Positions 7,328-16,100 of a DNA stretch of 26,239 nt are shown here, piece by piece. Positions within the stretch are counted from its first letter, which is position 1. Each line of letters begins with the position of its first letter. The stretch is from the IMG/VR virus record IMGVR_UViG_3300044615_000441, positions 1 to 26,239 of that record. One strand, 5' to 3'. A program made the position numbers and the translations under genes. The notes under the pieces are model-generated. The model worked only from the letters and a program-made list of their open reading frames with translations. It searched no databases and was not told where the DNA came from. The stretch comes from a virus. Lineage: Duplodnaviria > Caudoviricetes.

Positions 7328-10075
7328 ATGGCCAAACAACGCATCAACCCCGAGGGGGCACCGGAGCGATTCACGCAGCCGGTCGCCTCGCCGGTGGACA
7401 TGTTCTACCGGCCGCAGCCGAACGACTTCCTGAAGGTCGCCCAGGGTCTCGGCTCGCTGGTCCCGGGACTGGCCCGCCTGTCGGACTCGATCATCGAGTC
7501 GGTCGCCAAGCGAGAGGGCGTCGAGGGCGCCATCGAGGGTGAGCGGGTCGCCGGCCTGCCGGATGCCAAGGGAGAGGTCCGTCAGCAGAAGGTGGCTCGG
7601 GCGATCGAGGACAGCGGGGGCCTGAACCCTTGGCGTGCCCAGTCGCTGCTTGAGTCCTACGGCCGCAACACCGTGCTCCAGCAGTACAGCCGCCGGCTGG
7701 AGCAGGAGTTCGAGGACCTGTCCAACCCACTCGACGCCAACGGCCAGCTCCGGCCCGCCGACTACGCCCAGAAGCGGATGGCGGAGATCTATGCGCAGGC
7801 GTCCACGGCGATCCCGCAGAACAGCTACTACGCCCGCAAGGCCGCGGAAGCGACCCGGTCGGAGATCGACCCGGTGTTCCTGTACAAGGTCGGGCAGGCG
7901 TACGTCAAGAAGACGAAGGAAGAGCACGAGCGGCAGTTCGTCAACGAGGCCGTCAACGCCCTGGAGGACGGCGGATACGACGCTTTCAAGAAGGCCATCC
8001 CGGACCTGTCGAATCGGTACTACCGGGAGACCGGACGGAGCGGCAAGGACCTGGTGGCAACTGCCTTGATAACCCAAGCGAGGATCCGGGCACGCCGTGG
8101 GGAGGTCGGTGCGGCCGTGTTCATCCAGGAGGTACTTGACGAGGGGATCGACGGCCGCCCGCTCGACGCCACGGTGCGGGCGACTCTGGAAGACGCGATC
8201 GACATCATCGGAAAGATCGAGGAACAGTCGCTTGCCACGTCGGCCGCCAAGGAATCCAAGGCCATCGTGGCTGTCCGCCGGAAGATCAACGAGTGGCTGG
8301 AAACCGGAACGTACATCCCGGACCGGGATGAGCTGATCGCCAAGGCCGACGAGCTCATGGCGGATCTCGACCCGAACCTGCGGTCCGCCATCAGGGGCGA
8401 AGTGGTCAAGCAGGCCCGTGAGGATGCCAGCTCGCTGAACCGGGATCGGCTGTCCTCGGACGAACTGTCCGCTGACCCTGATTACGCCTTCAACCTCCGC
8501 CAGATACTGGAACGGCTGTCTCCGGACCAGCGGTTCAAGATGCTGGTCGAGGAGCGGAACTCGGGCCGGATCACGAGGGGGCAGTTCGCCGAGCTGGTGC
8601 AGTTCTCAGACGGGATCTCCGACATCTCGAAGGAGTTCGACCTGCACCTGAAATCGGTGATGGGCTCTTTCGTGGACGGAGAGGCGTGGACCGGGATCGA
8701 CCGGCAATTGATCTCTCCGGACAAGCGACCTGCACTGGAGCGGATCACCACCGGAATCCATCAAGATGTCGTCAACGAGGCCATGCGAATCTCCCGCGAC
8801 CCCGAGCTGCGTGCGATCCAGGACCCGCTCGTGCGGTCCATGGAGATGAACAAGCAGCTCTCGAAGTTCGTCACGGAGCGTGTGGCAACGGCCCGGGAGC
8901 AGAGCAAGGACATCCTCGGGAAGTCGGACCGATCGACGTTCTACCCGAACGTGATGAAGACTCAGGTGGATGGGACGGACATCCCGGATGCCGTCAAAAT
9001 CATCGCGGCCGAGATGGGGCTGGAACTGCAAGACCCACTGAGCGGCGGCACGAATCCCGATTACCTCAAGGTGGCACAGAGGGTCCGGACCGAGTATGCG
9101 GCCAGGGCCCGGCAGTGGTTCGACACGCAGATCGAGTCCGGGTTGGGTACCGACGAGATCATGGACGCATGGGACAACGGCGGCAGCTCCGAGGTGCTGG
9201 ACACCGTACGCGAGCAGTTCGGGTCTCTTGAATCCCTCCGCAAGATGAAGCTGGAGACCGCGGTTCCTCCCGACCGGATGCAGGCCATGCAAGTCCGGGA
9301 GCGGGGATACGACCGATCCAAGAAGGCCGATGCATCGTTGGTCTCGCTTGCGGAACCCGGGCTACAGGCCCCGATGGCTTCCGGCTGGTTCGAGCGGATG
9401 TTCGACGCGAACCTCGACCAGGAAAGCCGCCTTGCCGATGCGGTCAGGGCCGCACAGGACTACAAGAAGGCCGCGACGCCTGAGAGCGAACAGAAGCTCG
9501 ATACGGCGTTGAAGTCACTGAACCGATCGGCGTTCGCCAACATCGACCGACTCCGGATGCGTCGGGACATGGAAAAGGACTTGAGGTTCACCGAGGCGGG
9601 CGTGATGACGTACGGTCTCATGAAAACCCCGGGACAGTCGAGCTTCAATCCTGATGCGCGAATGACGGCCGGATGGTCTGCCGACCAAAGCATGACCCGC
9701 TCCTACTGGGCGTCGAAGATGATCGTCGGCTACAGCAAGACCGAGCGGGATTCCGGCAAGACCGCCGAGGGGCTGGCCCTCACGCCGGCACAGTGGAACC
9801 CGCAGGTGTTCAAGCTGTTCGTGGACCAGGCTGACCTCGACCGTGCGATCGACACCCGGGAGATCTACGCCGTCTATGAGAGGGTCCGCAAGGATCACCC
9901 GATCGAGAGCGTGGCCGACCTCATCAACCTACAGGCCGCACTGATCGCGGGCCGCACGCCGAAACCGAAGACCACCAAGACCGCCCCAGCAGAGCCGGCG
10001 GCCCCGCCGCTTCCTCGCGAAACGAGGACAACGAGGGCACCCGGCGTGATTGAACCCATGTGGCCCGTCGAGTAG
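7328..10075 (+). CDS. Internal virion protein C, T7 gp15-position (possible read-through extension to 10168)
   Basis: About 915 aa, helical; starts at TGAC-ATG; N-terminal QPVASPVDMFYRP as seen in gp15-position proteins of T7-like phages. Called mostly on synteny. Confidence 0.7.
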   Translation: MAKQRINPEGAPERFTQPVASPVDMFYRPQPNDFLKVAQGLGSLVPGLARLSDSIIESVAKREGVEGAIEGERVAGLPDAKGEVRQQKVARAIEDSGGLNPWRAQSLLESYGRNTVLQQYSRRLEQEFEDLSNPLDANGQLRPADYAQKRMAEIYAQASTAIPQNSYYARKAAEATRSEIDPVFLYKVGQAYVKKTKEEHERQFVNEAVNALEDGGYDAFKKAIPDLSNRYYRETGRSGKDLVATALITQARIRARRGEVGAAVFIQEVLDEGIDGRPLDATVRATLEDAIDIIGKIEEQSLATSAAKESKAIVAVRRKINEWLETGTYIPDRDELIAKADELMADLDPNLRSAIRGEVVKQAREDASSLNRDRLSSDELSADPDYAFNLRQILERLSPDQRFKMLVEERNSGRITRGQFAELVQFSDGISDISKEFDLHLKSVMGSFVDGEAWTGIDRQLISPDKRPALERITTGIHQDVVNEAMRISRDPELRAIQDPLVRSMEMNKQLSKFVTERVATAREQSKDILGKSDRSTFYPNVMKTQVDGTDIPDAVKIIAAEMGLELQDPLSGGTNPDYLKVAQRVRTEYAARARQWFDTQIESGLGTDEIMDAWDNGGSSEVLDTVREQFGSLESLRKMKLETAVPPDRMQAMQVRERGYDRSKKADASLVSLAEPGLQAPMASGWFERMFDANLDQESRLADAVRAAQDYKKAATPESEQKLDTALKSLNRSAFANIDRLRMRRDMEKDLRFTEAGVMTYGLMKTPGQSSFNPDARMTAGWSADQSMTRSYWASKMIVGYSKTERDSGKTAEGLALTPAQWNPQVFKLFVDQADLDRAIDTREIYAVYERVRKDHPIESVADLINLQAALIAGRTPKPKTTKTAPAEPAAPPLPRETRTTRAPGVIEPMWPVE

Positions 10076-10164
10076 GGGCCGTCACGACCTTTCCCGCCAC
10101 TGAGCCAAAGCGCTCCTGGCGTGCCTGACAACAAGACTGAGCAATCCGGAGCCGGAACCGAACA

Positions 10165-13100
10165 ATGAGTCAATTCGCATCGCTGGTTGCCCCGAGCGGG
10201 GTCCGTTCCTCATCTGGAGGCATGTCGCAGGACGAGATCCAGAAGCCCGACTGGGGTGCCATGGATTACGCCTCGGACGCGGCCCTGGCGATCCCCCGCG
10301 GCCTGCTGGGCGGTGCCTCGGACATCGTGAACCTCGTCGGGCTGCCGTTCGGCGAGCAGGTGGTCGATGACCGCTTCGGCCTCATGGACGAGTCCGAAAG
10401 CATGTTGGGCTCGTTCGTCGAGGGTGCCTCCAGCTTCTCCGTCGGGTTCGCCCTCGGTGGCGGTCTCGGCGTCGGGGCCAAGGCGGCCAAGCTGACCGGG
10501 CTGACCGGGGCGGTGGCCAAGGCCGGCACCTGGGTCGATGACGCGGCCCGGGTCGCCAAGTTCTCGGGCAACGTCGCGAAGGCGGACAGGTACGCCAAGT
10601 ACGGGACCGCCATCCGCAAGGGCGGCAAGTTCATCGAGCAGGGGGTCTTCAACTCCGCGTTCGCCGACTTCGTCTCGTTCGACGGCAACGAACAGCGGCT
10701 GTCCAACCTGGTCGAGTCGTTCCCGTCCTTGCAGAACCCGGTCACCGCCTATCTCGCCGCGGGCGAGGACGACGGGGAGATCGAGGGACGGCTCAAGAAC
10801 ATGCTGGAGGGGCTGTTCATCTCCGGCGGGACCGAAGGACTGTTCAACCTGATTCGGGTCACCCGGGCCGGCTCGCGGGCGAAGGCGGTCGGGCTCGACG
10901 CCGACCGTGCGGTCGCCGAGGAGTACGGCAATATCCGGGTCGAGCAGCGGGAGACCCTGCGGACCATCGCCCCGAACCTGACCGACGACCAGGCCGACGT
11001 CGCCAACCTGCTGATCGACAAGCAGGGACTCGACCGGCGGAAGCTCCTGCTGGCCGGCGAGGACGTGGCCACGGAGATCACCCTGGCCGCGGGTGCCAGC
11101 CCGGTCGGCAAGAAGGGGCTGTCGCACTTCATCCAGGACGGCACGGCAATCGTCGCCCTGTTCTCGAAGGCGGACATCTCGACGGTGGTGCACGAGCTGG
11201 CCCACGTCGCACGCCGGCAACTGCTCGACCCGAGCGTGAGCCCGGCCATCAGCGGGATCTCCGAGGTCGAGCGGCTCATGCTGGAGGACTGGGCCGGAGC
11301 CCGCAACGGGTGGAACGTGGCGGCAGACGAGAAGTACGCCCGGGCCATCGAGCGGTACGTCTACGACGGCAACGCACCGCGTGGCATGGAGCGGACCTTC
11401 CGCTCTCTGACCAACTGGATGCGGAACATCTACCGCGACCTGGAGGGGTCCTCGATCGCCGATGCGGCCCCGAAGCAGGTCAAGGACATCCTCGGGAAGA
11501 TGCTGGACCAGGGACCGGGAGTGAACCCGAAGCTCGCACAGGCGATGGGGGCGTCCCGGGCGGGTGGTGCGGGGACGCTGTTCCAGACGGAAACGCCGGA
11601 GTTCAAGCAGTTCTTCGACGGCAGCAAGGTCGCCGATCCCGAGGGGAAGCCGCTGGTCGTGTATCACGGAACCGCGTCGGTTGTAGATAAGGACGGAAAG
11701 CCTGCCCGGTTCATGTCGCCTGCTTATGGAGACGGATTCGAGGAGTTCTCGGAGTTCCTGCCCAATAGTCACTTCGGCACTGCAAAAGCCGCGCAGCACA
11801 GATACTCAAACCAGAGCCCAACGGCGTACTACGGACAACACACGCCCGGACTTCGCGTCTATCCCGTCTACCTCTCGATCAAGAACCCGCTGCGGGTATC
11901 AGACGCCGCTGCTTCGGAAGAGGCGTCGTTGTTGGGCGAGATCATTCGCTCGCAGAAAGAGGGGAAGCTCACTGAGATCGATCTCGACACGGCGAGGAAT
12001 GAAGGCGCGTACAAAGCGGTTGAAAAGGCGGGATACGACGGGCTTGTCTATAGGAATCTCATTGAAGATCCGGGCAACGACTCTTGGGTCGCCTTCAAGC
12101 CTGAGCAGATCAAGTCCGCCACCGGCAACCGCGGCACCTTCGATCCTGACAACCCGAACATCCTGTTCCAGGACGCCGATCCCGTCCGGGCGATGGAAGA
12201 TGCATTCGGGATCAAGCCCGAGGACGCCACGGCGGAATCGCGGGTTCCCGAAGGATGGCTGGAAACAGGGGGCACTGGTCCGGCACGCAAGGCACAACGC
12301 GGCGTTCGGGCACGCGGCCCCGAATCCATGATGTCGCAGATGGCAATGGGCCTTCGTCTGCGGACGGAGATGACGGCCGAGGACATGGCGTTCGCCACAG
12401 ACCTGATGAACAGGTTCGGCATGGCGAACTTCGAGAACATCGCCATGCGGTTCAAGAAGATGAACGGCCCTGCGGGTCAATACAACTTCTTTCAAGAACT
12501 CTTGACGATTGCCCGAGGCCAGAACAGCGATCACCTGAGAACGACGTTCGTCCACGAGGTCTGGCACGCCATGAGCACCAGGCTGGACGACACCACCGTT
12601 CGCGAGATGATGGAGGACTACAAGAAAGCGGTCAACCGGTGGTCAAAGAAGCTCGGTGTGAAGATCACGGATCTTCGGCTTCCTCCCAATGCGATGCACC
12701 CGAAGGTCAAAAAGGCTTTCGACGCAGGGGAAATTGACTGGAAGACCCTTTATTCGCTCACCAACTTGGACGAGTGGGCCGTCGTAAACCTGACGACAGC
12801 GACCGAGCGACGCCTTGAACTGAGCAAGGACACTGAATCCGTCTTCGGAATGGCCCGCAAGCTCGTGGCTGACATGCTTCTGGCGATCAAGAAAGCATTT
12901 GGCTACGGACGGTACGAGCAGATCGCCAAGGAGTGGGTCGAAGGCACCTATCGGAAGATGCCGGCCATCGAGGTGGCAAGGGCAACCGACATGGAACGAA
13001 GGGCGTTTGACCTGGCGAAAAAGCCCCGGCCAACTTGTGTAACCCTGTTTCAGTCCGAAGACCAGCCACGCCAGCTCGGCACCTTCTACTCCAAGCTCCA

Positions 13101-16100
13101 GCAGACCATCGACTCCGCACCCCAGCGGAAGATGACCGCGGACCAGCTCCGGGGGATGCTGAAGACCGCCGGCGTGAAGGACGAGGAGATGTTCTGGTCG
13201 GGCATCGACGATGTGCTCAAGGCGGGCGGTAAGGTCGATCTCGACGAGGTTCGGGCCCGCATGACCCCGGTGACGGTCACGGAGACCCTGAAGGATCCGG
13301 CGAAGTGGGCGACTTACCAAGCCGAGCGGTTGGTGGTTCCGGGCGGGACGGAGCAACGAGAGTTGCTGTTGAGATTCGGGGGAACGGTTGATCCGGCGGG
13401 GTTTGTCCCGAGGCCGGATGATCCCGAGCGGTTGATCCATCCAGACTTGACAGGGATCGAGATCAGGCGGAACGAGGAGGCTTCTGGCTTCAGCTGGTCC
13501 GTGTACAGGAACGGTGGATATCGGGGTCGATACCTACAGGAACAGGCTGCACGGCTGAAGGCGATCGAAGAAGCCCCGGCACTATTCAAAGGCCCCCACT
13601 GGGACGAGTCGAACGTCCTCGCCCACGTCCGCTTCAACGACCGCACCGGGCCGAACGGCGAGAAGATCCTGTTCATCGAGGAGCTCCAGAGCGACTGGCA
13701 CCAGCAGGGCAGGGAGAAGGGGTACACCAGCGACATGACTGTCGAGTCGCTGGCGGACCGTCTGAAGTTGAACGAAGCGAAAACTGGCTGGATGGGTAGT
13801 CGGCTTGACGTGACTTGGGACGACCCCAGCCGTCCAAATGCGGTGAGCAAGAACTTCTACCCGCAAGACAATTGGCAGCTTTCTAACAAGGAGCGGGAAG
13901 AATGGGAGGCCGGAGGGGATTCGCGGGCAGCTTTAGAGTTGAAGATCAAGCGGCAAATCGCGGAAGCAGAGTTGAAGACTGTCAGGCAAATGATGATCTC
14001 CGACGCCCCCTTCAAGTCCACCGACGCCTGGACCGGGCTGGCGATGAAGCGGATGGTCGCGTGGGCCGCCGAGCGTGGCTACGACGGCATCGCGTGGACG
14101 ACCGGCAAGCAGCAGTCGGATCGGTACCGCAAGCTGCTGGAGGAGAACTTCGACCGGGTTGAGGTGCGGCCTCACAGAACCGACATTGAGGGTGGAACGG
14201 CCATTGTCGTTGGATTCAAGGGTGAGTCGCAGACCTTCAGTCAAGAGTTCGGCCGGAAGCGGCTTCCCGAGGTCCTCGGGAACAAGATGGGCAACGAGGC
14301 CATGGAGCGGCTGACGGCCGGCGAGAAGTCCGTCGTCTTCAAAGGTGACTCGCTTTCGCTCGGCGAGGGGCAGGGCTACAAGGTCCACTACGAGACGATC
14401 CTGCCGAAGCAGCTCAAGGAGATCGGGAAGAAGTTCGGGGCCAGGGTGGGGGAGGTGGACTTCAAAGAGCGAAGCAAGGCTGCCAGCGAAATGAAGGGCA
14501 TGGCAATCGAGGAAAGCTCTATTCCTTCCGAGGATAGGGTGTGGGAAGGAGACAGTCCTGAGCGATGGATGCTTGATGCCTTTAGGTACAAGTTGGACCC
14601 GAACTATGGAGACAAGTATGAGTCTCAGTCTACCTATTTTGAGGCAGACGAGGATGCGGTTGACTTTGCCAAGCAGATCGAGTTCAAGTGGATAAAGCTC
14701 TTCGACGTAAACACCGACGACTCGCCCGTTGCCATGGGGACGATCGACGTGCTGGCTGCGGTCATCACCCATAACGGACGGATGTATGTCAGCGATGCGC
14801 AGTTTGGGAAGTACAGCGATCTCGATTTTGAATCCAGAGGCCTGTCTTTCGCCGAAGTGCAGTCTTTGGACGAGGCCAAGCAACGGCTTAGAGCGGAAGC
14901 TGTTTCCACTTTGGGCGAAGAGGTATTGAAGACGACCAGGCAAGATCTAGGTACCCAGCCCTACTTCCCGCTGACGAAGGAGCTCAAGGAGTCGGTCCTG
15001 TCCAAGGGCCTGCCCCTGTTCCAGGCCGAGGAAAGCCCCTACGCCCGCCAGACCCCGAGCTCGGCTCCCGACCTGGGCAAGCCGGGCGGAGACCCGGACG
15101 CACCGATCAACTGGGGCCGGTTCACCACGGTCGAGGAGACCGCACGGTGGATGGCTTCCCGCCGTCCCGAGGTCAACTACCGCAGCATGACCCGGGAGGA
15201 CTTCATGGCCCGGGCCACCGAGAAGGCCAACGAGCTGGAGGGGATGCTGGAACGGTCCTCGGCCGATGACTTCCGGCGTGCTGTCCAAGGTGGTCACCTC
15301 AGCAACTACGACCTCCAGCAGTTCCTGGAGTTCGCCGAGGGTGTCCGCATCACCGCCTCGCGTTACGCGAGCGATCTGCACGCAAGTGCCAAGCGGATTG
15401 CGACCGGCGGTGCGACCGACGTCGAGCTCGCCAACTTCGTGGCCCTCGAGTCTCGCAGCGATCTCCTACTAGCTGCCACCAAGCAGAACCAGGCCGCCGT
15501 CGCCCGTGCCCTGAACTTCAAGGGCGTCACGATCAACCCGAGGTACAACCGGAACCCCCGACTGTTCCCGGAGCTGCCGACGCCCGGTTCCCGTCCTGCG
15601 GAGACTCCTGCACCGGCACCGATGCCGATGCCCGAGGCGGCCCCGCGTCCCGCCGAGATGCCGGCTCCAGAAGCCGCCCCTCGACCTGCGGAGACGCCCG
15701 CTCCCGAAGCCGCCGCTACTGCACCCGAAGCGGCTGCTCCCCCCGAGGTGGCACCCGCTCCCGAAGCTGTTCCGACTCCCGAGGTCGATCCGCTGACCAA
15801 CCCCGAGGTGGCCGCCCGCATCGCCCGCGAGATCATCGAGATGGCCGGCGGACGCGAGGCGATCCTCGACCGGATCAACCGCATCGTCGAGATCGGCGTC
15901 GCCGACCCGATGCGGACGGTCCGGGCCGCCCGTGAGGCCCGACGGGGCAACCCGCTGGTCGAGTACTGGATGAACTCGATCCTGAGCGGACCGCTGACCC
16001 ACGCGGTCAACCTGACCGCGAACACCCTGACGGCCGTCTACCTGCCGCTGGAGCGAGCCCTCGGCGCCGCCATCATGGGCGACCGGCAGACCGCTGAAGA

